From an uncultured archaeon (GTDB lineage: Archaea > Aenigmatarchaeota > Aenigmatarchaeia > QMZP01 > QMZT01): 64,000 nt of DNA. Below are positions 1 through 10,196 of this stretch, in pieces. A program made the translations under genes and the position numbers. The notes under the pieces are model-generated. The model ran no database searches. It saw nothing but the letters and a program-made list of their open reading frames with translations, and had not been told where the DNA came from. The stretch's first letter is position 1; every line of letters begins with the position of its first letter. The stretch spans positions 1 through 64,000 of the forward strand of contig CAYYKJ010000007.1 in the NCBI GenBank assembly GCA_964441265.1, read 5' to 3'.

Positions 1-150
1 GTTTGGCTACAAGTGCTGAAGGTTGTTGGGCCAGAAGTCCACGATTTCACTTAACAACTATTAAACGAACTTTTTCCTGTCAATGCGGTGCGGATGCTTC
101 TTGGTCAGGATCATGTGTGAATAAAAGAGACCCGGGGCAATAATATAAAA

Positions 151-1191
151 ATGATCGGAAAAATCGTCCAGGTGGCGGCCTTTTTTGTATGCCTGATCTC
201 AGGATTTCTTCTTTACGGTTCTCCGGTCGGCTTTTCTCTGCTCTTCGTTTCGGGGATCATAGTCCTGGTGAACGGGGCGGATTACCTGATAGACGGGGCC
301 TCCGGGGCTGCTTCCAGACTCCGGGTGTCCCCCCTCCTCATCGGGCTCACCATAGTGGCGTTCGGGACCTCCTTCTCGGAGGTGGTGGTAAGCGCCATGG
401 CCTCCTTCTTCGGCAACAGCGGCATATCAATAGGCAACGTGGTGGGCAGCAACATACTCAACATAGCCCTAGTGCTGGGAATAACCGCGATCATATATCC
501 GCTGGCAGTAAGGAAATCTACCATCAGGATAGAGACTCCCTTCATGATAATCTCCGGTCTGGTGATGATATTCCTCTGCTTCAATTTCCTGGACTTCTCC
601 CCGCTCCCCTTCGTTCTGGGAAGGATCGACGGGATCATAATGCTGCTGATGTTCACCGGGTTTATCTATTATGTCGTGAAAAAAGCGAAGGAGGGAAGGG
701 AGACCTTCGTACCGGTCCCGGGCGTGAAGAAGGGAAAAACCTGGAAGCTGGCGGCCATGCTGGTTCTGGGGCTGGCCGGAATATTCATAGGGGCCCAGCT
801 AATCATAGACAGTTCGGTCGGCCTGGCCGGGGCGTTCGGGATCAGCGAGACGATAATAGGTCTGACCATAGTGGCCCTGGGGACCTCCCTCCCGGAGCTG
901 GCCACCAACACGGCGGCCGCCCTGAAGAGGCGCGCGGACATAGCGGTGGGAAACATAGTGGGATCCAACATCTCCAACACCCTTCTGGTCCTCGGCATCG
1001 CCTCCCTGATAAGGCCCATACCGGTTAACCTGTCCTTCGTCATTTTCGACATGGCGGCGATGATGATGCTCTTCTTCATACTCATGGTTTTCATAGCCAC
1101 CGGGAAGAAACTGAGCAGAAGGGAGGGCATCGCCCTGATCGTCTTTTATGCCATCTATGCGGCGTATCTGGTGTTCAGCCTGCTGAGTTAG
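151..1191 (+). CDS. Ca2+/Na+ antiporter, CaCA family (YrbG-like)
   Basis: Multi-TM protein. Two internal alpha-repeats (GTSFSEVVVSA / GTSLPELATNT) and two GNxVGSN motifs. Confidence 0.8.
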   Translation: MIGKIVQVAAFFVCLISGFLLYGSPVGFSLLFVSGIIVLVNGADYLIDGASGAASRLRVSPLLIGLTIVAFGTSFSEVVVSAMASFFGNSGISIGNVVGSNILNIALVLGITAIIYPLAVRKSTIRIETPFMIISGLVMIFLCFNFLDFSPLPFVLGRIDGIIMLLMFTGFIYYVVKKAKEGRETFVPVPGVKKGKTWKLAAMLVLGLAGIFIGAQLIIDSSVGLAGAFGISETIIGLTIVALGTSLPELATNTAAALKRRADIAVGNIVGSNISNTLLVLGIASLIRPIPVNLSFVIFDMAAMMMLFFILMVFIATGKKLSRREGIALIVFYAIYAAYLVFSLLS

Positions 1192-2452
1192 TCCCATATT
1201 TCATGGAACTTGAATAAGCGGTCTTTGTGACGTAATGATTTTTTGATGAATAGATGTTGTCATTCTTGTCCACGTTTATTTCTGTCCTGCTGATTTCCTC
1301 GAAATCCTCGGTGATTAAGCTTTCTATCTTTCCGGTGAAGCTGTAGTTGACCCTGAGGATGTGGAGAGCTTGGTTTTTTGTTGAAGTGGCGAATCTCCAT
1401 TTTTCTTTGCCCGTCTTCCAGTCCAGAGCGTAAAGGTAACAGTCCCATCCACCGAACATTACCTCCCCTTCAAAAAATACTGCCGTGGACCATATGGTTC
1501 CGCTCGTCTGGAAGGACCACAACTCCTTCCCTGTATCTGCATTTAAGGCATAAAAATTCTTGTCTATCGATCCGAAATAAATTGTCCCTTCATGCATGAG
1601 CGGCTTGAAATTCTCCAGGATGTCTTTTGCCCTGAACCTCCAGAGCTCCTTCCCGTAAATGTCGATGCAGTAGAAGTTTTTGTCCCACGATCCGAGATAT
1701 ATCCTGTCCCCGTGAACCAATGGAGTTACGCCTGTCCCCTTACTCATCTTGAATTTCCACACCTCCCTCCCGGTCCTCGTGTCCAGTGCGTAAAGATAAC
1801 CGTCCCAGTTGGTGAAATACATGATACCGTCCCTGATCGGCTGCTGGTGATAATTGAACATGGAACCCCCTGTCTTGAACCTCCATAATTCTCTCCCCGT
1901 TTTCGCTTCCAGCGCATATACGTAGCCGTCGAATGATCCGATGTAAACGTTCTTCCCATCATACGTCGGTGTGCACCCCACCCTGTCGCCGGTTTTGAAT
2001 CTCCATTTCTCTTCACCGCTCTTCTTGTCCACCGCATATATGAACTCGTCCCACGATCCGAATATCACGAGGTCATCGCATACGGTCGGTGTTCCGGTCA
2101 CTCTTTTGCCAGTTTTAAATTTCCATATGAGATTCCCGTCACTTTCATCAACCGCGTAAAGATACCCGTCGAAAAAACCGGAATACACGATGCCATCGTC
2201 GATGACCGGATAAGAAGTGTCATTGACGTCGCCTGCCCGGAACCTCCAGATCTCTTTCCCCGTTCTCGCGTCCACGCAGTAAAGATGATAATCAGCACAC
2301 CCGAAGAAGAGCTTTCCGTTGTGGAGGGTCACGCCGGCGGATATGCTCCCGCCGTATCCCACGTCCCAGTCGTCCTTCTTGTTGAAACCGTATTCCGGCT
2401 CATCCACCACGAAATCGGCCATCTCCGTCTCGAAACCAGGCTTTATTATCAT
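1175..2452 (-). CDS. PQQ-like beta-propeller repeat protein (paralog family; C-terminal TKTAY tail)
   Basis: About seven repeats of the 'G.LYA(L/V)D..TG.E.WRF.TG' blade pattern. No signal peptide. 3' end overlaps the antiporter by 17 nt (convergent). Confidence 0.7.
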   Translation of the reverse strand: MIIKPGFETEMADFVVDEPEYGFNKKDDWDVGYGGSISAGVTLHNGKLFFGCADYHLYCVDARTGKEIWRFRAGDVNDTSYPVIDDGIVYSGFFDGYLYAVDESDGNLIWKFKTGKRVTGTPTVCDDLVIFGSWDEFIYAVDKKSGEEKWRFKTGDRVGCTPTYDGKNVYIGSFDGYVYALEAKTGRELWRFKTGGSMFNYHQQPIRDGIMYFTNWDGYLYALDTRTGREVWKFKMSKGTGVTPLVHGDRIYLGSWDKNFYCIDIYGKELWRFRAKDILENFKPLMHEGTIYFGSIDKNFYALNADTGKELWSFQTSGTIWSTAVFFEGEVMFGGWDCYLYALDWKTGKEKWRFATSTKNQALHILRVNYSFTGKIESLITEDFEEISRTEINVDKNDNIYSSKNHYVTKTAYSSSMKYGTNSAG

Positions 2453-2774
2453 CCTTTGACCTCTTTTGAAAATTGAATGTTGAATTTATTAATTTGAATT
2501 ACCGCTTTCCGCATCATTTTTTAAGCTATCCCCACTACTATTTCTTATTGTACGCGGAGGTAACAAAACGGCTATGTGGCCGGCTGCAGTGATCATGTCA
2601 CTGAGGCCATTCGGTATTATGAGACCTGAGGTCTATGACTTGCGGATACCGGCATAAGTGGGTTCGACCGACCCTTTCCTGGTAGCCGAAGGAAAGGGTC
2701 CGAATATCCCACCCTCCGCTTAATACTCCTCAGAATACAGTCTCTATTTAATCGGGCTAACCGATAATATAAAC

Positions 2775-3110
2775 ATGATGGGCATCATACTGTCCCTGGC
2801 GGCAGCGGTATGCTACGGGCTTTCCGCGTCCATACAAAAACATTCCATGGGCGACATCACCACCTTCGATATAAGGAAGATACTCAGGAACGGCACCTGG
2901 CTATTTTCGATACTTCTCGGGGCGGTAGGGATTCTTTTTTATCTCATGGCGCTGGCCGGCGCGGCTCTCACCACGGTGCAGCCCATTCTTTCCATATCGC
3001 TGGTCATACCTATAATTTTCGGTGTCTGCATGTTCAGGGAAAAACTGGGGAGGGTTCAATGGATAGCGGTGTTCTTGGTCTTTTCAGGCATCGTCCTGGT
3101 TTCAATCTAG
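2775..3110 (+). CDS. EamA/DMT-family transporter, N-terminal 4-TM half
   Basis: Hydrophobic 111-aa ORF, DMT-like. Confidence 0.5.
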   Translation: MMGIILSLAAAVCYGLSASIQKHSMGDITTFDIRKILRNGTWLFSILLGAVGILFYLMALAGAALTTVQPILSISLVIPIIFGVCMFREKLGRVQWIAVFLVFSGIVLVSI

Positions 3111-3454
3111 TGAACGGGTTCGAGGGGGCGATAGGAGGGGTACTCGTAGGTTTCGCTTCTTTCCTTATCAAATCGGTCCTCATGGATTTCACCTTCGGGA
3201 TATCGTCCATCCTGGGTCTGGTATTCAATTTCACAACATGGATAGCTCTCGTCCTCGGCGGGGCAGGTTTCCTTTTCTTCCAGAAGGCGCTCCATTCGGG
3301 GGACGTCTCGGTGGAGACCCCGATCATGGCGGGGTTCGGGATCATCGTCCCGGTTGTCATGGCCGTTCTCTTCCTTGGCGAATCCATTGACCCCACGAAG
3401 GCGGCAGGAATAGTTGTCGTGCTGGCGGGGGTCTTCCTCTTGGCGAAGAAGTGA
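3059..3454 (+). CDS. EamA/DMT-family transporter, C-terminal half (overlapping frame; possibly one frameshifted gene)
   Basis: Met at 3059 in a different frame; the hydrophobic 4-TM sequence continues to 3454. Confidence 0.45.
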   Translation: MDSGVLGLFRHRPGFNLVNGFEGAIGGVLVGFASFLIKSVLMDFTFGISSILGLVFNFTTWIALVLGGAGFLFFQKALHSGDVSVETPIMAGFGIIVPVVMAVLFLGESIDPTKAAGIVVVLAGVFLLAKK

Positions 3455-3457
3455 GGA

Positions 3458-4222
3458 TCAGAAATGCTTTACGCCGTCCTGGCTGGCGAGTATGACTTTG
3501 TTGGGTCTCGACTGATCATCTGCGAAAAGACCGAATGACTCCACTCCCTGGATTTTGTTGACTTCCCGCTCTATTTCGGAGAGATCACTTTGGCCGGCTT
3601 TGAACGGAGAGATGTCAGCGATCAGCATGTTCTCGTTCGTGTAGAATGTCTCACCATTGCTCTTTTTCCTGATGTCAATCTCGGATCCTCCGAACATGGA
3701 CTCCAGTTCTTCCAGCACCAGCTTTTCGTTGTTTTTACGGAAAACCACCCCCACGGGGTAATTGTTTTCTCCCAGGCTTTTCACCCTCTTGCTCTCGTCC
3801 ACGACCACGATGAAATATTTTGCTCCCCCTGCCAGCTTCTTTTCCCAATAAGTGCATCCTGAGAGGAGGGGATTGTCTCCGGCGGGAGGTTTTTTGGGCC
3901 CGCCTTTTATTACCGCCCTGAATTGGGGGCTTTCGTGGTTAATAACGACCTGGTCTGCCCCGTCTATGTAAACGTAATTCTTGCCCCTTAGTACACCCCT
4001 GTCAAAGGTTTTTATCCCGTATTTTTTTGCCTCCCTGGCGCTGCCTGGAAGGCCCGGGACTATCCCCTTTTTTTGGTCATATCCCTCTTCACTGATAAAC
4101 TGTATTACCTTGCATGCATTTCTTCCGGTTCCTATGCACCAGAAATCAAAACCAGAGTCATAGGCGGACCTTATGGATTCCTTCGCTGAGAATTCCATCA
4201 GTTTTCCCTGGTCGTATCCCAT
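3458..4222 (-). CDS. rpiA: ribose-5-phosphate isomerase A
   Basis: Motifs GIGTGRNA, YIDGADQV, IKGGP, GLFA and DGVK match RpiA. Confidence 0.8.
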   Translation of the reverse strand: MGYDQGKLMEFSAKESIRSAYDSGFDFWCIGTGRNACKVIQFISEEGYDQKKGIVPGLPGSAREAKKYGIKTFDRGVLRGKNYVYIDGADQVVINHESPQFRAVIKGGPKKPPAGDNPLLSGCTYWEKKLAGGAKYFIVVVDESKRVKSLGENNYPVGVVFRKNNEKLVLEELESMFGGSEIDIRKKSNGETFYTNENMLIADISPFKAGQSDLSEIEREVNKIQGVESFGLFADDQSRPNKVILASQDGVKHF

Positions 4223-4260
4223 GGTGAATGTTTGTATAATTAGTTTTATATTCGCCGCCT

Positions 4261-5706
4261 TCAGTAGGCCTTCGCGAAATAAACCATATGTTTAGATTGC
4301 TTCTTGCAGTGGATGCACTGTCCCTTCCTGATGTCGCCCTCGATGAGCCTTATGGTTGCCGAGGTGTCTTCCTTTATCTTCTCCTCGCAGGACTCGTTCC
4401 CGCACCAGTGCGCCTTAACCAGCCTGCCTTCCCTGATCTGCCTTTTCAGGTCCTCGTAGTTCCCGGCTTTGACCGTGCTCGATTCCAGGAAGCTCTTCGC
4501 CTTCGCATAGAGGTTGTTTTGGATGTCTTCCAGAATGGATTTCGCTTTTTTGGTCAGGAGCTTCCTCCTTATCGGTATCTTCTCTCCGGTGTCCCTCCTG
4601 ACCCCCATGACCTGCTTGCTTTCGATGTCCCTCGGGCCGATCTCTATCCTGAGGGGCACACCCTTCATCTCCCATTCGTTGAACTTCCATCCGGGGGAGT
4701 ATTCGTCCCTGTCATCAAGCTTGACGGAGAAATCCCCGGACAGCTCTTTCTCCAGTTTGGAGGCCTCCCTGAGTACGGTCTTCCTGTTGCTCGTCTTGTA
4801 TATGGGGACGATGACCATCTGCAGGGGGGCTATCCTGGGAGGCAGCACCAGACCTTTGTCGTCCCCGTGGGTCATGACGACCGAACCTATCAGCCTGGTG
4901 GATATTCCCCAGGATGTCTGCCAAGCGTGCCTGTCCTCCTTGTCTTTGTCCTTGAACTCTATGTCGAAAACCTTGGCGAAATGCTGGCCGAGATTGTGGG
5001 TGGTTCCCATCTGCAGTGCTTTCCCGTCAGGCATCAACGCCTCGAGCGTCATGGTGTAAAGCGCGCCCGCGAATGCCTCGCTTTTGGATTTCCTGCCCAT
5101 CAGGACGGGGACGGCGAGCTGGCTTTCCATTAGCTCCCTGTACTGCTCCGCCCTGAGCATGGCCTCGTCGCTGGCTTCCCTGTTGGTGGCGTGCGCTGTG
5201 TGGCCCTCCTGCCACAGGAACTCCCTCGTCCGGAGGAAAAGCCTCGTGGCCTTGCATTCCCACCTGACGATGTTGCACCACTGGTTTATCCGGAGGGGGA
5301 GATCTCTCCAGGACCTGATCCATTTTGAAAAGGTATCGTAGATTATGGTTTCCGAGGTCGGCCTGAGGGCATACCTCTCGTCGCTCTGCTCTTTCTTCTC
5401 TATCCAGGCGACCTCAGGGGTGAAGCCCTCGAAGTGTTCGGCTTCCTTCTGAAAGAAGGATTCTGGTATGAACATGGGGAAATAGGCGTTCTCCACACCG
5501 GTCTCCTTGATCTTCCTGTCGAACCATCCCCTGATCTTTTCCCACATGGAATACGCATAAGGCTTGATCACCATGCACCCGCTTATGGGGGCGTAATCGG
5601 CGAGGCCGGACTTCTGGACCACCTCGTTGTACCAGTCCGAAAAATTCTCCTCCCTTGTCGCCCCGATGCCGACCAGCTCTTCCCTGCTCTTGTTGACCAT
5701 GATCAC
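4261..5706 (-). CDS. proS: prolyl-tRNA synthetase (archaeal/eukaryal type)
   Basis: 481 aa with class II synthetase motifs and a C-terminal zinc-binding CxxC...CxxC; archaeal-type ProRS architecture. Confidence 0.9.
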   Translation of the reverse strand: MIMVNKSREELVGIGATREENFSDWYNEVVQKSGLADYAPISGCMVIKPYAYSMWEKIRGWFDRKIKETGVENAYFPMFIPESFFQKEAEHFEGFTPEVAWIEKKEQSDERYALRPTSETIIYDTFSKWIRSWRDLPLRINQWCNIVRWECKATRLFLRTREFLWQEGHTAHATNREASDEAMLRAEQYRELMESQLAVPVLMGRKSKSEAFAGALYTMTLEALMPDGKALQMGTTHNLGQHFAKVFDIEFKDKDKEDRHAWQTSWGISTRLIGSVVMTHGDDKGLVLPPRIAPLQMVIVPIYKTSNRKTVLREASKLEKELSGDFSVKLDDRDEYSPGWKFNEWEMKGVPLRIEIGPRDIESKQVMGVRRDTGEKIPIRRKLLTKKAKSILEDIQNNLYAKAKSFLESSTVKAGNYEDLKRQIREGRLVKAHWCGNESCEEKIKEDTSATIRLIEGDIRKGQCIHCKKQSKHMVYFAKAY

Positions 5707-5925
5707 ACCTTAAGTCCCCCTTTAGGGCATTCTCAGTTCACAATATAATTTTGTATAGAGGTTTAGTAAATAAAATTTTAAAAGGATGATATCCGGTTTT
5801 TCCTGCGTGGCACAATCTGGATAACTGTGGAAAACCATGGATTTTTAAGTCACGGATCGAATTCATGTTTAAACATAAATTTCGAGAGACGACGTTAGAC
5901 AATTGATCAGGTCGTCATTCGATAA

Positions 5926-6393
5926 ATGGGGTGTTGCTGTATGGATTTCAAGCTGGCTACTGTGTTAGGTGTTGTCATGGCCGCTGTGGTCATATCTTCT
6001 GCTTCTTTCGTTTGGGTGTTTTCCGTTTCCATGGTGAGCCCGGTTTCGATGGCTCTCGTTATAATTCTTTCCCTGACCTTCGGATGGATATACTTCGGTA
6101 AGGAGGAATCGACCGCGAAAGAGGCGATGGCCCTGGGCATATTCTGGATCATAATAGCCATAATACTTGAGGCGGCGGCGGCGGTCGGGTTCTTCCAGCA
6201 GTCCGATTACTTCAAGGTCAACCCCTCCATATACGCGGGTTACCTGCTCATGCTGGTTTTTACGGTGGCGGCTTTCTTCCTGAGGAGAAGACTCGGAAAG
6301 TCCTCGGAAGAGCAGGCCGAGCCCGGAAAGGACAAGGAAAAAGAGATGGCAATGAGGGGCGAGGCATTGCTGGAGCCCTCAATCGCCTCCTGA
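5926..6393 (+). CDS. hypothetical membrane protein
   Basis: Hydrophobic segments with a charged C-terminus; start uncertain. Confidence 0.4.
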   Translation: MGCCCMDFKLATVLGVVMAAVVISSASFVWVFSVSMVSPVSMALVIILSLTFGWIYFGKEESTAKEAMALGIFWIIIAIILEAAAAVGFFQQSDYFKVNPSIYAGYLLMLVFTVAAFFLRRRLGKSSEEQAEPGKDKEKEMAMRGEALLEPSIAS

Positions 6394-6410
6394 ACGACCT
6401 TTTAAAGGCA

Positions 6411-6430
6411 TATTTTTATATATATTACTT
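6411..6430 (+). promoter_or_regulatory. TATA-like element upstream of the rRNA operon
   Basis: 'tttttatatatatt' lies about 130 nt upstream of the 16S 5' end. Confidence 0.35.
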
Positions 6431-7455
6431 GCTATAGATATAATTCGTGCGTATAGATGAGAGCTTGACACCGGCTCCCGGCGACGGGAGCGTTAAGTTT
6501 GAGGTAGGAGAATGCAAAACCCTTGTTGAAGCTCATATGAGGAGCTTTATGCGTAACGCCAATCCCAATTCCGGCTGATCCTGCCGGAGGCCACTGCTAT
6601 TCGGATTTGGCTAAGCCATGCTCGTTCTGGGTTAAACCAGAGCAAAGAGCTCAGTAACACGTAGTCAACCTGCCCTTGGGTCCGGACGAATCTCGGGAAA
6701 CTGAGGATAATGCCGGATAGGCAAAAAGATCTGGAAACGTGTGACAACTTGGATTTCAATCACGAGTTGTCCTTCGCCGGTTTGACTTTTTGTCCAACCA
6801 AGGATGGGACTGCGGCTGATTAGGTTGTTGCCAGGCTAAAATGGACTGACGTTCATTTCGAATGTCTTTCTTTAGATTCCTGGCAAGCCGATAATCAGTA
6901 CGGGCCTTGAGAGAGGAAGCCCGGAGATGGATTCTGAGACAAGAATCCAGGCCCTACGGGGTGCAGCAGGCGCGAAACTTTCCCAATGTGCGCAAGCATG
7001 AGGAAGAGATCCGGAGTGTTCTCCTTTTGGGGGAACTTTTGTCAAGTCCAAAAAAGATTGACGGCTGATTCTGTGAATCCATGCCGTCGCTCTGTGGTTA
7101 GCTTGGCGAATAAGTGGTGGGTAATACGGGTGCCAGCCGCCGCGGTAATACCCGAGCCACAAGTGGTGGCCACGTTTATTGGGCTTAAAGTGTTCGTAGC
7201 CGGTTCTGCCAGTCCTTGGTGAAATCATCTGGTAAACCAGGTGGCTTGCTGAGGATACTACAGGACTTGGGACCGGGAGAGGTCAAGGGTACTGACGGGG
7301 TAGGGGTAAAAAGCGATTGTTGACCCGGATTTTTCTGATCAGGTCAACCTTCCTTACATTCCTATAATCCTGTCAGGACCACCAGTGGCGAAGGCGCTTG
7401 ACTAGAACGGATCCGACGGTGAGGGACGAAAGCCAGGGGATCGAATGGGATTAGA

Positions 7456-7799
7456 TATGGGTTCAGGAAAAGGTATTTATTTCCAGTAATTAACTATAAA
7501 TAGATTAGAATGCCCAGTATTTCAAGTGATATTTGTAGGATGACTCTGAAGGACATATCAGTAAAAGGCAAGCGGAAATTGATTTCACAACAACTTCGAA
7601 GGAGATTTGCCAATATATACTTGAATATTTTAAAATAATTGGACTAAAAACAAGTGGCAGAGTCAGAAGCCGAAGAAAGAACAGGGAGTACGAAATAAGG
7701 ATATACGGCAAGGAAAATTTAATACTTTTTTCAAAACATGTCAAGATAAAACATCCTGATAAAATTGCCAGAATGAAGAAATTCCTGTCCCACTAAAAA
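7456..7799 (+). mobile_element. 16S intron 1 with decayed LAGLIDADG endonuclease remnant
   Basis: Inserted after GGATTAGATA and AT-rich. Two short out-of-frame reading frames resemble homing-endonuclease fragments (…EICQYILEYFKIIGLKTSGRV…EYEIRIYGKENLILF…). Confidence 0.45.
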
Positions 7800-8061
7800 C
7801 CCCAGTAGTCCTGGCTGTAAACGATACCCACTAGACATTAGGGATCTTACGTGGGTTCCTGGTGTCGCAGGAAAACCGCTAAGTGGGTCGCCTGGGAAGT
7901 ACGGTCGCAAGGCTGAAACTTAAGGGAATTGGCGGGGGAGCACACAAGGGGTGGAGGCTGCGGTTCAATTCGATTCAACGCGGGGAACCTTACCAGAGGC
8001 GAGGCAGGCACTCACTGTCACTAATGGTAAGGTTTATTAGCACCGTAATCAACAATTAAAC

Positions 8062-8640
8062 ATGAGGAACATAGCAGACCTCTCAAAAATAACACCGAAA
8101 GAAAGGGGATACCTGATTGGATTTTACATCGGAGACGGTAACATATTTGAACAAAATTCTTCAGGGATTTACAGGCTCAGATATTTTCTCGGCCTTAAAG
8201 AAAAACCAATACAGGAATCCCTTGTTGAAATATTGTCCAAGTTATTTGCGAATATAAGGACCTACGATGGACAGGGAAATACAATTGTAATTGAAATTCA
8301 TTCAAAACAGTTCATAACTTGGGTGAAAAACAACTGTACAAAGGATGGGATTAAAAACAAAAGCTCATCTAAAAGATTCAAAATTGGTGTTATAGAGGGT
8401 CTGATAGACAGCGATGGATATGTTCAAAGAAACTATGTTGAGATAACAACTGTCAATGAGAAACTGCGAAAAAATATTATTGAAATTTTGAGCGGTTTCA
8501 AAACAAAACCAAATGTTAGAAGTTATTCTTCTCCAATTTCCGGAAGAACCGGATGGAGAGTTGGTTTTTCTTTAAAAAACGGTGCTTTTAAACCTACCAA
8601 GTGGGTTCTTGCCCCTCAAACAGCAGAAAATGCTGCGTAA
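8062..8640 (+). CDS. LAGLIDADG homing endonuclease (double-motif) in 16S intron 2
   Basis: LIGFYIGDGNI and IEGLIDSDGYV motifs. Lies inside a 16S insertion (~8013-8679). Confidence 0.8.
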   Translation: MRNIADLSKITPKERGYLIGFYIGDGNIFEQNSSGIYRLRYFLGLKEKPIQESLVEILSKLFANIRTYDGQGNTIVIEIHSKQFITWVKNNCTKDGIKNKSSSKRFKIGVIEGLIDSDGYVQRNYVEITTVNEKLRKNIIEILSGFKTKPNVRSYSSPISGRTGWRVGFSLKNGAFKPTKWVLAPQTAENAA

Positions 8641-8795
8641 GGTTTACCATGAAGACATACCGTGCGCGCATCTGCAATGAAGGTCAGGTTGAAGGCCTTA
8701 CCAGACAAGCTGAGAAGTAGTGCATGGCCGTCGTCATTCCACGAGGGCAAAACCGGCATCTGATATTCTTCTTTTCGTCCGAAAAGCAGATAAGG

Positions 8796-9368
8796 ATGCC
8801 TCCCGAATTAAGAATCATGAAAACTGTTGGTTTTCAGAAAAAACAAATCAAATGCTCCGAAAATGATGCCTATATTTTAGGATTGTTTAGGGCAGACGGG
8901 TATACTTGGACAGGAACATTCGGAATAACTAATAGAAATCAGAAAATATTAGAAAAAGCTGCAAAAATCCTTTCAAAATTCGGCCAAAACAAATGGAGAA
9001 ATGATGAGAAAGGATTTTTCAGGGTTTGCATAACAAGTAGGCCCAGAAAAAGGGAATTTCTGAAGGCAATGGAAAATACAGAAAAATCATTAATTGATAA
9101 CAAATTAATGATTGCATCATATTTCGCAGGTAAATATGATGGAGATGGTTCTTATTGGAAAAAAACAAGACTGAGGTTCAAAATAACATACGGGAAACCT
9201 GAAAATATAGAATTTGATCAAAAGCTATTGCTCTCCGTTGGTATTTCAAGTAAAATAAGAAAATATAAAAATGCAAATGCATTTGACCTTGAAATATCAA
9301 GTGGTGATGCTTTAGCATTTTTTGACCTGATAAAAAATATTCGATTAAATGTCCTCTTGGAACGATAA
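8796..9368 (+). CDS. LAGLIDADG homing endonuclease (double-motif) in 16S intron 3
   Basis: ILGLFRADGYT and YFAGKYDGDGSY motifs. The ORF track starts at 8724 inside the exon; internal Met 8796 is more likely. Confidence 0.7.
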   Translation: MPPELRIMKTVGFQKKQIKCSENDAYILGLFRADGYTWTGTFGITNRNQKILEKAAKILSKFGQNKWRNDEKGFFRVCITSRPRKREFLKAMENTEKSLIDNKLMIASYFAGKYDGDGSYWKKTRLRFKITYGKPENIEFDQKLLLSVGISSKIRKYKNANAFDLEISSGDALAFFDLIKNIRLNVLLER

Positions 9369-9927
9369 AGTTCGTGCCGTGAGAGCTTGATGCTTTCATG
9401 TCATAAAGTGCCATGTTCCGGTAAAGGTGTCGTCTTAAGTGACGTAACGAACAAGACCCATACCTCATGTTGCTATCCAACTCTGTCGGAGCACTCATGA
9501 GGGACCGCTGGCGATAAGCCAGAGGAAGGTGTGGTCGACGGCAGGTCCGTATGCCCTGAATCCTCTGGGTAACACGCGGCCTACAATGGATGGGACAATG
9601 GGATGCCACTCCGAAAGGAGGAGCTAATCCTTCAAACCCATTCCTGGTCCGGATCGAGGGCTGCAACCCGCCCTCGTGAAGCCGAAATCCCTAGTAGTCG
9701 CTGGTTAGCAAGTGCGAAAGTCGCCGCGAAAGCGGTAGCGCTTTCGGGTCTAAAATCTAGCGTCGAATAAGTTCCTGCTCCTTGCACACACTGCCCGTCA
9801 AGCCATCCGAGTGGAGTTTTGGCGAGGTCTTCCCTTCGGGGAGGATCAAACCACAACTTTGCAAGGAGGGCTAACTCCAATAGTAATATTTTGGAGAACA
9901 ATTATTATTGGGGGCCTAAAGTCGTAA

Positions 9928-10067
9928 AATGGCTAGATGGGCAATTTGAGAAGTCGCAAAACGATTTCTATGACATCTATAACGTGTGTATAAACGGATG
10001 AAGCCTAGCTTGTAGCGCTTCATCAGACTCATGTATAGTTAGGAATATCATCTAGCTGTTCGATAAA
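9928..10067 (+). mobile_element. small ORF-less intron near 16S 3' end
   Basis: A ~140 nt insertion separates AAGTCGTAA from CAAGGTAGCCGTA. Confidence 0.4.
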
Positions 10068-10196
10068 CAAGGTAGCCGTACGGGAACGTGCGGCTGGATC
10101 ACCTCCTTATATATTTCGAATGACAACTTATTTCGAAAATTTAGGTTGTCTCTCGAAACATTCAACAGGGTGCATACTTCTCCTACCGCAAAAATC

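Larger units (their letters stand above)
6558..10107 (+). rRNA. rrs: 16S rRNA gene interrupted by about four introns (exons approx 6558-7455, 7800-8012, 8680-8735, 9369-9927, 10068-10107)
   Basis: Starts ATTCCGGCTGATCCTGCCGGAGG and ends GGATCACCTCCT. Conserved blocks (GTGCCAGCCGCCGCGGTAA, GCATGGCCGTCGTCA / GTTCGTGCCGTGAG, CCCGTCA, AAGTCGTAA / CAAGGTAGCCGTA) are separated by insertions. Confidence 0.85.

Noticed and set aside
189-1130. Long alternative-frame and antisense ORFs (189-1028 +, 282-656 -, 669-1130 -, 799-1197 -) over the antiporter gene
   Set aside because: They have Arg/Gly/Pro/His-rich low-complexity translations typical of off-frame reading of a GC-rich gene; the hydrophobic frame 151-1191 is the real one.
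4288-5748. Antisense/alt-frame ORFs over proS (4288-5133 +, 4514-5059 +, 5027-5323 -, 5434-5748 +)
   Set aside because: They overlap a confidently identified synthetase gene and have non-protein-like composition.
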